Source: Balanoglossus misakiensis (taxonomy: Eukaryota > Animalia > Hemichordata). Taken from it: a stretch of 64,000 nucleotides of DNA. Location: contig CM082576.2 of assembly GCA_040954595.2 (NCBI GenBank), forward strand, positions 20,259,028 to 20,323,027. Direction: 5' to 3'. The translations under genes and the position numbers were made by a program. The notes beneath the pieces were generated by a model. That model saw only the letters and a program-made list of their open reading frames with translations. It was not told the DNA's origin and searched no databases. Of this stretch, positions 39,212 to 53,710 are shown one piece after another. The stretch's first letter is position 1. The number at the start of each line of letters is the position of its first letter.

Positions 39212-39409
39212 TGACAAAGTTTGATAAGTTTAATCCGGTGGATAAACTTTTTTTTTTTTGGGGGGGGGGGTCACATTTTACAATTGAAGAATTTAGGGGG
39301 GGGACACATTTTAGAAAAGTAATTTCGAGGGGGGGGGTTGCCTTTTACATTTAGTCGGCGACTCAAATTCCACCGGCCCCCCTCCTCCCTGTAAAAAACG
39401 AATGCTCCC
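37736..39409. mobile_element. Harbinger-like non-autonomous element (GGGAGCATTCGTTTTTTACAGGGAGG TIR, TAA TSD) containing a nested MITE
   Basis: taa-gggagcattcg...cgaatgctccc-taa. The element extends ~200 bp past the IR2 outer end. Confidence 0.88.
38356..39111. mobile_element. Harbinger-like MITE (GGCTGC TIR, TAA TSD), nested copy
   Basis: taa-ggctgcattcacaaac...gtttgtgaatgcagcc-taa. Confidence 0.88.
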
Positions 39410-39767
39410 TAAGATTTGAGACAGCTCAATCTGCATGTTATCAACAACTGCGTTCAGTTTGTTTCACCTGTTGTTATATCCTGTTGTTATATCCAGGATT
39501 GTTGTTGCTACCCTTATTTATACCCCTATAAATAGGGGTAGCCAAATGGCGGCGTTCATTGTGTAATTGACTCTGAAGGAGGCAACACGCGGACACACGC
39601 TCCCGAGAATGCATGATTTTCCGAAGTTTTCGACCACAAAATCCTTCACAATGCATACAAATTCCACCATGAATATGTATCCTACCGATTTATGGCGTAA
39701 ATTCCCCAGAGAGACGCAAATCAGGGGCGATTTTCAGCATTTCTTGGCGTCGATGGTAACCACTTAA

Positions 39768-40072
39768 AGCCCCTAGAGCTGCCAAATTTCACGGATTTTC
39801 TTCCACAGTAAAACACTTCAAATATATTCCCTATCCTCTAAAATCCTCACCATTAAGCCATATTACTTGCATTTGCATCAGTTTGTCATCTCTTGGTGAT
39901 GCATACCACGATAGCTGCGTACTGTTTGTATGGAGGCTGATTAAACTGTTTTAATACATAGCATTTTCAAATCGCTACATACAGCCATAATCGGGCATCG
40001 GTAAAGTGTTCACATATACCTCAGTAAAATAAAATTGTGAAAATAATGCAAAAAGTGGCAGCTATAGAGGCT
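39768..40072. mobile_element. Kolobok-like MITE
   Basis: TTAA-agcccctagagctgcca...tggcagctatagaggct-TTAA (15/17 TIR). Confidence 0.75.
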
Positions 40073-41512
40073 TTAATGTATTTCCCCATGTTTTAGGTCT
40101 CCATTTTGATTCACAATTTCATGTCAACAAGTTCACATTCTACCACCACATCACATCTACACATCAACTATCACTGTGATAGAAGCTACCATTTTCAAGT
40201 TAAAGATATACAGTCGCCGCCAATTTACATACACCCATATATGGCTGAAATAGAGTATTTGCGGGTTCTAAATAACATATGGCGGCGCTCTTTTTTTCGC
40301 ATGTGCCACCCACTGAAAATCCGTGATTGGCTAGATCTCAAGTTAACGTGGTAACTGTAGCTAAATTTCTATAAGTGACCGTATACCTTCTCTACACGTA
40401 CTGTTGACTGACACACACAATCCCCTAACTCTCAACACATACATACAAAGACCCAACCCACGCCACATGTAGTCACCATGGCCATGCCACCTGGCCTGCA
40501 GGCTACCACATCCAAAAGCATACACACACACAATACATGTCAATTTTACATGAGGAGCGGCTCATGTACTTTATTCTAAACTTGAATGATATATAAACTG
40601 AAAATTTACCCCGCACCAAAACCCAGAGATAAAACCCTTTTTTTCAGGATAAGGGGAAAAAACTCTGGGAAAGCGTAGGTAATTCACCAACTTTACAAAA
40701 AATTATATTTCTAAATTCATGCCTCTTTGAAAACCCTACTTTCAAGTTAAGATGCTAATCTGTTACACAAAATAGCAGGTTCACAGAAAGAAAATGTTGG
40801 AAGTTTAACAATACCAAGCAAAATTTGGTATTGTAGGTCTAAACTAAAACTGACAAAAATTAATATTTCATCTCTGAATGAATAAAGTGTTCTCAATAAA
40901 TCATAATAGGTTTGGTGTTACACTGTTCTAAATGTAGCATTTACAATTAAAGGGCAACTACCTGTAATTTTTGGTACAGAATTGTTAATATTGACAAATG
41001 CATTCAATTGACTTGAATACAATTGTTAACAATAACAATGCTGATTATGCATACCAGAAATCGTGGTGCATAAATAGACCAAAATTACGTACTGAAAAAT
41101 TTGTCAAATGTAACACATAGTGGACCTTAATGTCTATAAGAATAAATCTCAAACAATGTCACGTGAACGTAAAATCTTAAATTTCATATTAAAATACAAA
41201 AAGAATAAAGTCATACTATTGAACACTGCACACAGTTGAGTCTAAAGTGACTAATGTACTGGGGCGATCCCAAACAGAAACGGGTCATATAGTCATAAAT
41301 ATCCCCCACCCTTATAAAGACCCCTTTCTCCTTGGGATGGCTCCTGTGATAAAATGAAACTGTGCTGGACTTGAAGAGATATACGCAGGAAACCTCATCA
41401 GTTACAGCCACTGCGAAGACTTCATTGATGATCCCCCAAAATTGGGGGGAAAATGTAGATGAATGTTGAAATCTTCAAAAGCAAATTGAAAGTATTTTAC
41501 TGTCAGAAAAGT

Positions 41513-42900
41513 GTAAATAATGTGTTGCCTGTAAGCCATGATGCATGATCTCCATGCCATTCAATTTATGAGCGAATTTACTGATTTACTACCCTCCCCC
41601 GAAATACAAACAAAACAAAACAATTATGAATATATGGCTTCTGCAAACACATTATTTAGCAAATTAAAATCTTATCTGATAAAGTCACTTGAAAATGTGA
41701 AAGACCCTCTTAAATTGAGGAAAAAGAGGAATGTTAAAATGTAAAATAACTGAAAACTGAATGTGTATAAAACTTCTTAAAAAGAAGTATATCATTGTAA
41801 ATAATGTGTTGCCTGTAAGCCATGATGCATGATCTCCATGCCATTCAATTTATGAGCATTTTTACTGATTTACTACCCTCCCCCCGAAATACAAACATAA
41901 CAATTATGAATATATGGCTTCTGCAAACACATTATTTAGCAAATTAAAATCTTATCTGATAAAGTCACTTGAAAATGTGAAAGACCCTCTTAAATTAAGG
42001 AAAAAAAAGAATGTTCAAATGTAAAATAACTGAAAACTAAATGTGTATAAAATAGAGAAAACTTCTTGAAAAGAAGTATATCATTGTAAATAATGTGTTG
42101 CCTGTAAGCCATGATGCATGATCTCCATGCCATTCAATTTATGAGCAAATTTACTGATTTACTACCCTCCCCCCGAAATACAAACAAAACAATTATGAAT
42201 TTATGGCTTCTGCAAACACATTATTTAGCAAATTAAAATCTTATCTGATAAAGTCACTTGAAAATGTGAAAGACCCTCTTAAATTGAGGAAAAAGAGGAA
42301 TGTTAAAATGTAAAATAACTGAAAACTGAATGTGTATAAAACTTCTTAAACAGAAGTATATCATTGTAAATAATGTTTTGACTGTAAGCCACGATGCATG
42401 ATCTCCATGCCATTCAATTTTTTAGCGAATTTACTGCCCCCCCCCCCCCAAAAAAAAAATACAATCAAAACAAAACAATTATGAATACATGGCTTCTGCA
42501 AACACATTATTTATGTTCTTATAAAGGAAATTTTCATCAATAAAATCAAAGGACTGCAAACACTCAGACGATGCATAAATACTTGGCAATGTCAAGCCAA
42601 AGCAAATTACCTCGTCTGATACAGCCATTGGAAAAAAGTTCATTAAAGACCCTCGAACATTGAGGAAAAAGGCTAAAGATGTGCGTTTAAATAACTCAAA
42701 ACTAAAAGTGTATAAAATAAAGAAAACTCCACAATGTGAAGTTTTTTTATTGTCCACAAAGTTTAAATAATGTGTTGCCTGTAAGCCATGTTGCATAGGC
42801 TCAATGCTATTCAATTTAAGAGCAAATTCACCAATATATCCCCCCCCCCGCCAAAAATAAAACAATTATGCCTATATGGCTACTGCAAACACATTATTTA
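41513..42900. repeat. ~285-bp tandem repeat, about 3.5 copies plus a diverged copy
   Basis: aaataatgtgttgcctgtaagccatg at ~41513, 41796, 42085, 42365 and 42764. Confidence 0.9.
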
Positions 42901-43676
42901 TGTATTTAAAAAGAAAAAAATTCATCAAAAATCAAAGCACTATAAACCTAGTAATCACACAATGCATATACATGCAACGATGCAAATGCATTAAAAGTGT
43001 GATATGAAAATACTTAATTATGTCAAGTAAAGGCAAAATCATTAAGGTAATATTAAAGAACCTACTTGTGCACTGAGTCTGTTGATTGGGGTCGTCGTTG
43101 TGTGGGACTCGCTAGCAATGTGGGGAAAATCTATTGATTATCGACAGACTCAGTGGGCAAGACGTGACCATAAAATAGATATACCAACATATCGAACTGT
43201 TGAATACTACGCAAACAAAAAAACCCCAACTAATGAACTGATCCCAGGAAACTACACTGGACTTGAAGGATCTATTGCATGTTTTAGTGGACTTGAAGTA
43301 TTTATTGAAATATTTTTCTCATCATGAAATTAAGTTAGTCATGCTAAACTATGGTATTAATATTATAAAACATATTGCAATTGAAACCTTCTCATCTGTT
43401 ATAGCCATTGGAAAAATTCATTAAAGACATACCCTAAAAACATAGGAAAAAGAACACAGACAGATAATAAAATCATAAAAATTTAAAATGCACACACATA
43501 CATACCGTATTCTTTATTTATAATATGGGAAAGTACAACGGAGCAAGCGACAGACGCACGCGCGCGCACGCAAAAACATAAATTGCTTGAAGACGGACTG
43601 CAATCTTGGGATTCTTGGGATCTTGTAGAGAACCAGCTTCATCAGATGACCAAAAACATCCTAGGCGCGGAAAGAA

Positions 43677-44133
43677 CACAACCACGGCAAACACAGAGGC
43701 CAGAATGTGATGAGAGAGTAGTCACAGACACCCAAAAATGTCGACAATTCGAATATGAATTCGAATACACAACCACGGCAAACACAGAGGCCAGAATGTG
43801 ACGAGAGAGTAGTCACAGACACCCAAAAATGTTGACAATTCGAATATGAATTCGAAAACACAACTACGGCAAACACAGAGGCCAAAATGTGACGAGATGT
43901 AGTCACAGACACCCAAAAATGTCGACAATTCGAATAAGAATTCGAAAACACAACCACGGCAAACACAGAGGCCAAAATGTGACGAGATGTAGTCACAGAC
44001 ACCCAAAAATGTTGACAATTCGAATAAGAATTCGAAAACACAACTACAGCAAACACAGAGGCCAGAATGTGACGAGAGAGTAGTCACAGACACCCAAAAA
44101 TGTCGACAATTCGAATAGGAATTTGAAAACACA
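43677..44133. repeat. ~91-bp tandem repeat x5
   Basis: acacaaccacggcaaacacagaggcc...gtagtcacagacacccaaaaatgtcgacaattcgaat units. Confidence 0.93.
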
Positions 44134-44176
44134 ACACAGAGAGTACTCCGAGACATCCAACAATTTTGAAAATATT

Positions 44177-44557
44177 CATACATGCATACATACATACATA
44201 CATACATACATACATACAGATAGACAGACAGACAGACAGACAGACATACATACATACATACATACATATATACATACATACATACATACATACATACATA
44301 CATACATACATACATACATACATACATACATACATACATACATACATACATACATACATACATGCATACATACATATACACACACACACACACGGGTACA
44401 TGCAAACATACAACGACACAAATAAATATATAAATAAATGAATGAATGAACGAGTGAATGAATGAATGAATAAAGGTATGTATGTATGTATGTATGTATG
44501 TATGTATGTATGTATGTATGTATGTATGTATGTATGAATGAATGGATGGATGGATGA
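44177..44557. repeat. (CATA)n/(CAGA)n microsatellite followed by inverted (TATG)n
   Basis: Directly visible. Explains the spurious MYVC/HTYI ORFs. Confidence 0.97.
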
Positions 44558-45947
44558 ATAAATGTACAATACTAGTAAATCATGCCTATATCCAGTACAT
44601 TCTGGAAAAATGACCGTCCAAGTTTATAGAGAGAGAGAGAGAGAGCCAGTCAAACAATTTTCAATGTTGGTCAACTGTTCATTGTCATATTTGCTTTCTG
44701 TATCAATACAGGACTAATGCTGTAAACTCTTTGTATTCTGTTTACCATTCGGCTTTAATATCTTAACTTGACTTTTTCTTTATATGTGGGTGCAATTATG
44801 CTACAAAGCTAAACAGTAAACCCCTGAAGGCTGCTGTACCCTGTGCAATTAACGTAAATTTACACTAAGTGCTTGCTACATGCAATGCTTATTGTGCCTA
44901 TAGGATTCAACAACCTTCAGGTTATGCTGAATAAATCATGGTGATAATTTAGCAGTGTTGGCAAACTGAAGTGTACAATTTAGTTTTAACCTACTTAAAC
45001 CCTCTCTCTCTGACACAATGACAAATAATGCTATCAGAATAATACATTTGTAATACAGATCATATAAATGAGGAAGGGATTGATTAATGTTCAATTTCGT
45101 CCCGTGGGAGAAGTTCTATTCTTGGAATGACGATGGAATCAAAGTCAGTAAAATAAAGTCATCCTGGAAGGAAACTTCTCTGCATCCGATTCACTGGGGC
45201 TTCTGCATTCATACATGTATCCTCTTCTTGCCTATGCACAGAAAGACGACATAACACTCACCTTGTATTGATTGATTGATTACAGCAAATAAGAGACATT
45301 CAACATTCACACAGAAACGAAAATATGCTCCTGTCAAACACTGAACATGGGTAAAAAAGGGGCCCAGGATGTGACAACATCTGATCAGGTCACTTCTTGA
45401 TCACTATGTAATATGGTGGTAGAACACACTTGGGCCCCACTTTTGTATTTTTGTCTGGCGTGACACTCCCTTAAAACTCTACCAAATGAAGATAAGCCCG
45501 CGTCAAAAGAGTGAATTGAAGTCCGCGAAACTACAAGTTAAAAAATCTGCTGTTTTTCATCAGGCAATGAACTGGTTGAATGCATATTGGAAGAGAAAGC
45601 AATAGGATGGATTGGACATCAGTTACAGTATTCCGAGTATGGCGTTGACTCCTCTCTCTGTACAGTGATTATGAATAAGTGGAAAGACCAGCTCTGGGCA
45701 TAAATGCTATAAAATCAGACCCAGTTCATCATGCATTGCTGGATGAATATTTATCCCGACTGAAGCACACAGTATATACCGACCATGTGCACTTCCAGTG
45801 TTTTTATATAATATGGATGTGTATAGGAGCATTTCAGGGGGTGGGGTGGGGGGGGGGGGTTGCTATCAAGTAGGGGGGGGGGCTTGCTATCAAGTAAAAT
45901 GAAGGAATGCATCGACTTTTATTATCAGTGGCCCGTAAGGTTAATGC

Positions 45948-46980
45948 TATGTTACCTTTGAAGTGCTTGGCGGCTATACCGGTACAAGCATGCACAGATC
46001 TATGTTGATAGACATTACTCATCACAGGGACCAGTGACTGTTATCTGCAAAAATGAAAAATATGCCAATAAGTATTTCTGTGTCAAACAGCACGGCAAAA
46101 TGTATCTATGGACAGAGATGATCTCCTGTCTTCATGAACAATACAATACGTTGTACAGGGGCCTCCAAATGAGCAATTAAATTCTATGCTGTCATCCATG
46201 GCGTCTAGGAAATCTTTAACAGAATAAGAATTATCTTATGTTACCCTCAGACACCACTTGGCTGCAATACAGGCATGTACACACATCCAGTTCGACAGAT
46301 CAATGTTGATCACCAGAGAGAAACCATTATCTGCAAAAATGGAAAATATGACAAAGTATTTTAGTGTCAAAAAACATGACAGTAAAATGTATGGACAGAT
46401 GATCTCCTGGATGGACAATACAATAAGTCACACACTGCCCTCCAAAATGAGCAATTAAATTATATGCATTCATCTATGGGGTCTAGGAAATCTTTAGGAG
46501 AAAAAGAATTATCTTATATGTTACCCTCAGACACCAATTGGCTGCAATACAGGCATGTACACACATCCAGTTCGACAGATCATCAATGTTGATCACCAGA
46601 GAGAAACTATTATCTACAAAAATGGAAAATATGACAGTATTTTAGTGTCAAAAAATAAGGCAGTAAAATGTAAGGATAATCTCCTGGATGGACAATACAA
46701 TAAGTCACACACTGCCCTCCAAAATGAGCAATTAAATTCTATGCTGTCATCTATGGGGTAAAGGAAATCTTAGAAGAACAATAATTATCTTATGTTACCC
46801 TTGCAAACTACTGTACTGTTTTACAGGCTTGAATATACATCTAGTTTGGCAGATTTTGATCAACAGCTAGATACCCCTTTCTGCAAAAAATGGAAAATAT
46901 GCTAATAAGTATTTCTGTGTCAAACAACATAATGGTAAAATATATCTATGGACAGAGATGATCTCCTGTCTTCATGAATG
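45948..46980. repeat. ~280-bp diverged tandem repeat, about 4 copies
   Basis: tatgttaccct at ~45948, 46237, 46517 and 46790. Shared tatggacaga(ga)tgatctcctg. Confidence 0.85.
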
Positions 46981-47019
46981 TAATGTACTTCAATGGCTGG
47001 TTACTCAAATTTAATGTGC

Positions 47020-47717
47020 ATACTCACACCACAGGAATCATGTTACCTGGTTACCAACTTGGCATCTGGACAGGAGGATATTGGGCATCATGGAAATCTG
47101 AAACTAATGAGAAAAAATTGTGTAAATAGACAATTATAACTGACTGCTATGAACTTCAACTTGGCTCCAATCCATAATTATTTCTCGTTGGGTGCTCAGT
47201 TGTTTCTGGTTCAAAGGCGACTAGTGCAAAGTGTCCAGGAAAACACAGAGACACGGAGATGTCACATGACTGCAAGCCATGAGCCATTATTTTGCATACT
47301 CACACCATAGGAATCATGTTACCTGGTTACCAACTTGGCATCTGGACAGGAGGATATTGGGCATCATGGAAATCTGAAACTAATGAGAAAAAATTGTGTA
47401 AATAGACAATTATAACTGACTGCTATGAACTTCAACTTGGCTCCAATCCATAATTATTTATCGTTGGGTGCTCAGTTGTTTCTGGTTCAAAGGCGACTAG
47501 TGCAAAGTGTCCAGGAAAACACAGAGACACGGAGATGTCACATGACTGCAAGCCATGAGCCATTATTTTGCATACTCACACCATAGGAATCATGTTACCT
47601 GGTTACCAACTTGGCATCTGGACAGGAGGATATTGGGCATCATGGAAATCTGAAACTAATGAGAAAAAACGTGTAAATAGACAATTATAACTAACTGCTA
47701 TGAACTCCAACTTGGCT
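47020..47717. repeat. 276-bp near-identical tandem repeat x2.5
   Basis: catactcacacca..ggaatcatgttacctgg at ~47020, 47295 and 47571. Confidence 0.93.
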
Positions 47718-48324
47718 GCTAACAATCCCCAACACCTGCAACAAATAATAAATAGTAAATATTAATTGATTATCATAGACTGGTTGAGTTTAATGTTACC
47801 TATGGTACACTTACATTGTATTTTCCCTTTTAATCTGGTGGGTAGTTAGCTATCTGATGTACATTAACCATTGTGAAACTCTAGGATCTGATAAACTTAT
47901 TTATTTATCCAATAGACTTACAAAATGTGAAAATATTTATATTTCTATGGGAGAAACATGGACCGGTACTCAGTCAACTAATCATTATGGGGGACTAAAA
48001 TTTCTACAAATTTAAAATTATTCCTGTAATTATCACCTGTCTATATATTATGTACATTGTAATTGCTAAACTATACCATTCACTGGGTTTAGCTCCTTAC
48101 TGGAAAATTGCCATTACAATTTATGCCCAGTTGTGGGTTTAAGAAAAATACACAGTGATAAAAACTGCAAAATTATTAATGTAGTTTTCAAAAGTTATTC
48201 CCTAAAATCATCAGACATAAGTATTAAATTATCACTTAAAGCTAAGCCTACTAATCAATACAAATTCTGCAGAATATTTAAGTTCCATGGCTGAGGATTA
48301 ATGAGAAAACAACACATTTCTTAT

Positions 48325-48383
48325 TTATCATTATCATCATCATCATCATCATCATAATCATCATCATCATCACCATCATTGCC

Positions 48384-48429
<46 letters not shown>

Positions 48430-48500
48430 CCATCACCATCACAACCGTCATCAACTAGCAATAACAATTAACATCAAAACTGCCAACACCATCACCAACA
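48325..48500. repeat. (ATC)n microsatellite
   Basis: Directly visible. Confidence 0.95.
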
Positions 48501-49024
48501 TTAACAGAAATAAAATCAAAATGTTGAATGACCCATGAAAATCAGAAACTGTCAACCAACAGCATTCTACAAAGTCACTAGTTTGTTAATCTAGCTGAGG
48601 TGATTGTATTATACTCTAAAATATTATATGTTTATTATTATCAGTTTGTAAATTTTTAAGTCTAAGAATATTATAATATTAAAATTTCAAATGGCAATTT
48701 TTAATACGCATAGCTGACATTATACACCAGTAATTCTGAATGTTCTTTTACTAAAGTACTGCAATTTCCAAAACAGCCATGTTATGTAAATTATTTTCCA
48801 ATTTTCAAACGAGTGCTAACTTCACTGATGAAAAGGGGGAATTTAGACAATGAGCTGTTGGTGAAACTGACTGGATGGTATTAAAACACAATTAAATACA
48901 GATCTGGAACATAAATGTTATACAATGCAATGTTATATCATATTATTTAATCTGGAAAGAAATCATGCATTTGAGACACATCAATTGTGATCACAATTAC
49001 CGGTTCAATGCAAACACTGTCTGG

Positions 49025-51930
49025 AAGTTTTCATATCAAGCTACAGTACCTGAAACAAAAATTTGTAATCACTGACACCCCCATCATTATGAATCGCTGG
49101 CACCCCCACCCCCATCATTATGAACACCTTGGTTCACACAGGTTATTTGTTTACGATTGTGAAACACTGTTCACTTAATAACACAAGCATAGTAAAATTA
49201 TTAATGATAAAACACATCATGGTGCAGCATTTTATTAATACTGCAGGTTAGTTCAAAGTTTTCATATCAAGCTACAGTACCTGAAACAAAAATTGGTAAT
49301 CTCTTACACCCCCCACCCCTGACACCCCCCACCCCCCATCATTATCAATTAGAACACTTGGTTTCACACAGGTTATTTGTTTACGATTGCAAAACACTGT
49401 TTACTTAATAACACAAGCATAGTAAAATTATTAATGATTATAAAACACATCATGGTGCAGCATTTTATTAATACTGCAGGTTAGTTCAAAGTTTTCATAT
49501 CAAGCTACAGTACCTGAAACAAAAATTTGTAATCACTGACACCCCCCTCCCCTGACACCCCCCCCCTCCCACCCCCGATCAGGATGAACACATTGATTCA
49601 CACAGGTTGTTTGTTTACGATTGTGAAACACTGTTCACTTAAGAACACAAGCATAGTAAAATTATTAATGATAAAACACATTATGGTGCAGCATTTTAAT
49701 ACTGCAGATTAGTTCAAGCTTTTCATATCAAGCTACAGTACCTGAAAAAAAAATTATTATGGCTGACACCCCCCTCCCCCAATCATTATCAATTTGAACA
49801 CTTGGTTTCACACAGGTTGTTTGTTTACGATTGTGAGACACTGTTCACTAAATATGGTGCAGCATTTTAATACTGCAGGTTAGGTCAAACTTTTCATATC
49901 AAGCTACAGTACCTGAAACAAAAATTTGTAATCACTGACACCCCCCTCCCCTGACACCCCCCACCCCCGATCATGATGAACACCTTGGTTCACACAGGTT
50001 GTTTGTTTACGATTGTGAAACACTGTTCACTTAAGAACACAAGCATAGTCAAATTATTAATGATAAAACACATTATGGTGCAGCATTTTAATACTGCAGA
50101 TTAGTTCAAGGTTTTCATATCAAGCTACAGTACCTGACACAAAAAATTGTGATCTATGACATCCCCCTCCCCCCATCATTATCAATTAGAACACTTGGTT
50201 TCACATAGGTTGTTTGTTTATGATTGTGAAACACTGTTCACTAAATATGGTGCAGCATTTTAATTAATACTGCAGGTTAGTTCAAAGTTTTCATATCAAG
50301 CTACAGTACCTGAAACAAAAATCTGTGATCACTGACACCCCCCTCCCCTGACACCCCCACCCCCGATCATGATGAACACCTTGGTTCACACAGGTTGTTT
50401 GTTTACGATTGTGAAACACTGTTCACTTAAGAACACAAGCATAATCAAATTATTAATGATAAAACACATTATGGTGCAGCATTTTAATACTGCAGATTAG
50501 TTCAAGGTTTTCATATCAAGCTACAGTACCTGAAACAAAAATTTATTATCGCTGACACCCCCCTCCCCCAATCATTATCAATTTGAACACTTGGTTTCAC
50601 ACAGGTTGTTTGTTTACGATTGTGAAACACTGTTCACTTAATTAACACAAGCATAGTAGAATTATTACTGATAAAACACATCATGGTGCAGCATTTTAAT
50701 ACTGCAGATTAGTTCAAAGTTTTCATATCAAGCTACAGTACCTGAAACAAAAAATTGTATTCACTTACACCCCCCAACCCTGACACATCCCACCCCCGAT
50801 CAATACCAATTAGAACACCATGGTTTCACACAGGTTGTTTGTTTACGATTGTGAAACACTGTTCACTTAATTAACATAAGCATGGTAAAATTTTTAATGA
50901 TAAAACCCATCATGGTGCAGCATTTTATACTGCAGATTAGTTCAAGGTTTTCATATCAAGCTACAGTACCTGAAACAAAAAATTGTAATCACTTACACCC
51001 CCCAACCCTGACACCTCCCACACCCGATCATTACCAATTAGAACACCTTGGTTTCACGTTGGTTACTTGTTTACGATCGTGAAACACTGTTCACTTAATT
51101 AACACAAGCATAGTAGAATTATTAATGATAAAACACATCATGGTGCAGCAATTTAATACTGCAGATTAGTTCAAAGTTTTCATATCAAGCTACAGTACCT
51201 GAAACAAAAATTTGTAATCACTGACAACCCCCACCCCCGATCATTACCAATTAGAACACATTGGTTTCACACAGATTGTTTGTTTATGATCGTGAAACAC
51301 TGTTTACTTAATAAGACAAGCATGGCAAAATTATTAATGATAAAACACATCATGGTGCACCAATTTAATACTGCAGATTAGTTCAAAGTTTTCATATCAA
51401 GCTACAGTACCTGAAACAAAAATTTGTAATCGCTGACAGCCCCCACCCCTGACAACCCCCACCCCCGATCATTACCACACTGGCTGTTCGTTTACGATTG
51501 TGAAACACTGTTCACTTAATAACACAAGCATAGTAAAATTATTAATGGTACAACACAACATGGTGCAGCATTTTAATACTGCAGATTAGTTCAAAGTTTT
51601 CATATCAAGTTACAGTACCTGAAACAAAAAATTGTAATCGCTGTAACCCCCTACCCCATCATTATGAACACATTGGTTCACACAGGTTGTTTGTTTACGA
51701 TTGTGAAACATTGTTCCCTTAAGAACACATGCTTGGTAAAATTATTAATGAAATTAATCACATCATGGTGCAGCATTTTAATACTGCAGGTTAGTTTAAA
51801 GTTCTCATACCAAGCTACAGTACCTGACACAAAAATTTGTAATCACTGACAACCCCCTTCCCCCATCATTATCAATAAGAACACCCTGGTTTCACACAGG
51901 TTGTTTGTTTACAATTGTGAAACACTGTTC
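49025..51930. repeat. ~170-235-bp minisatellite, about 14 copies, with variable C-rich core
   Basis: ttttcatatcaagctacagtacctgaaacaaaa recurs about 14 times between ~49028 and ~51802. Confidence 0.95.
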
Positions 51931-52204
51931 ATGTTATAACACCACAAATTCCATAGTGTAATATTATTAACTAGTTTGATAAATCAGAAACTTCTGAGTG
52001 CGTGGTTACTTATATGGTATTTCATGTTTGAGAGTGCAAGGTTATGACATCCCCAAATCTGACTGGCCAGGTCAGAATGGGAACACCCACATGTGTGCAA
52101 GTTTTAATAGAAAACACCTGAGAGCATGACTGCACCCAGCAGATCACCCATTTACAAAGCTTTGTGTCATTACATGTGAGTATGATATTTTTATTTTTAT
52201 AAGT

Positions 52205-52208
52205 ATCG

Positions 52209-52253
<45 letters not shown>

Positions 52254-52700
52254 CCATATCATCAGTATCACCATCTAAACCATTATTATCACCATCACCA
52301 TCAGTATCACCACCATCACCATCAGTATCACCATCATCACCATCATTATCACCATCACCACCATTATTATCACCATCATCACCATCAGTATCACCATCAC
52401 TACCATTATTATCACCATCATCACCATCATTATCACCATCATCACCATTATTATCACTATCATCACCATCATTATCACCATCACCACCACTATTATCACC
52501 ATCAGTATCACCATCACCACCATTATTATCACCATCATCATCACCATCACCACCATTATTATCATCATCATCACCATCACCACCACTATTATCACCATCA
52601 GTATCACCATCACCACCATTATTATCACCATCATCACCATCATCATCACCATCACCACCATTATTATCTTAATCAGTATCACCAGTACCACCAGATTCAC
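52205..52700. repeat. Degenerate (ATC/ACC/ATT)n trinucleotide repeat
   Basis: Directly visible. Source of the M/V/I-rich ORF 52275-52790. Confidence 0.95.
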
Positions 52701-53519
52701 ATTCATTGTCATCACTATTACCAGTATTATCATATTCAACACCGCTATGTTACGGTTAAAACTGCTGTACCAGTTAGTACAGATCTCCATTTACCATGGT
52801 AACTGTATTTAAATTTGCATGCATGCATTTTGTCTGAAACACAGACGAACCCGTTACATGATATATTTTACATGTCAAGCAAAATGGCTGCTACATTTGT
52901 ACATTAAAATGATACGAGGCAACAGGGATTCATATGAAGTGCATTCCTAGAAAAAAAGAAAACTTTATTTAATTCATTTAATAACAGGCATATCAATGAT
53001 ATATATCTATACCAGTCATAAATTTTCACCAACAGCTCTATGTACTAGGATCATTTTACCCTGGTTTGTACAAACACATTTGCTTTGCAAAACTCTGTAC
53101 ACAGAATCACAAAGTATGTAATGCAAACTTGAACTATGCATAAACATTAGGCTACCAATTCTGACGAATATTTAAGATGAATGTGACTGATTGTCTGGAT
53201 GAAAATACATCTCTGTGTAACATATATTTATGGTTAAATTAAACCTTTACTTACATTATTATTTCTGTTATTTTATACCACTACAACCACAATGCTAACG
53301 CTAGTAACAGATACAACATTACACCCATTATTCTGGATTAAATTAAGACCACTAAGAAACAAATATTAACCACCTATACCACTCAAGACATATTCATTCT
53401 CCAACCTATTGCGTCTCAAAGTATCCTGAAGATCCACCAAAACCAGACAATACCACATTGACATATGCTCTGCAGAAACTACTATTATTGGTGTCTTTCT
53501 TACACAGATATAAAGAACT

Positions 53520-53710
53520 AATCATCATCATCATTGTTACTGTTTTTGTAACATCTTCATCATCATTATTGTCATCATCATCCTCATTATAATCATCATT
53601 ATCATTATCATCATCATCACAATCATCATTATCATCATCATCATTGTAGTCATTATTTTTAGTTATTTTATTATCATCCTCCTATTATTCATCCTATTAT
53701 TCCTAATCAT
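53520..53710. repeat. Degenerate (ATC)n tract
   Basis: Directly visible. Confidence 0.85.

Noticed and set aside
43661-44569. ORFs of 64-227 aa (MYVC/HTYI repeats)
   Set aside because: Translations of mini- and microsatellites.
52275-52790. 171-aa hydrophobic M/V/I ORF
   Set aside because: Product of a trinucleotide repeat.
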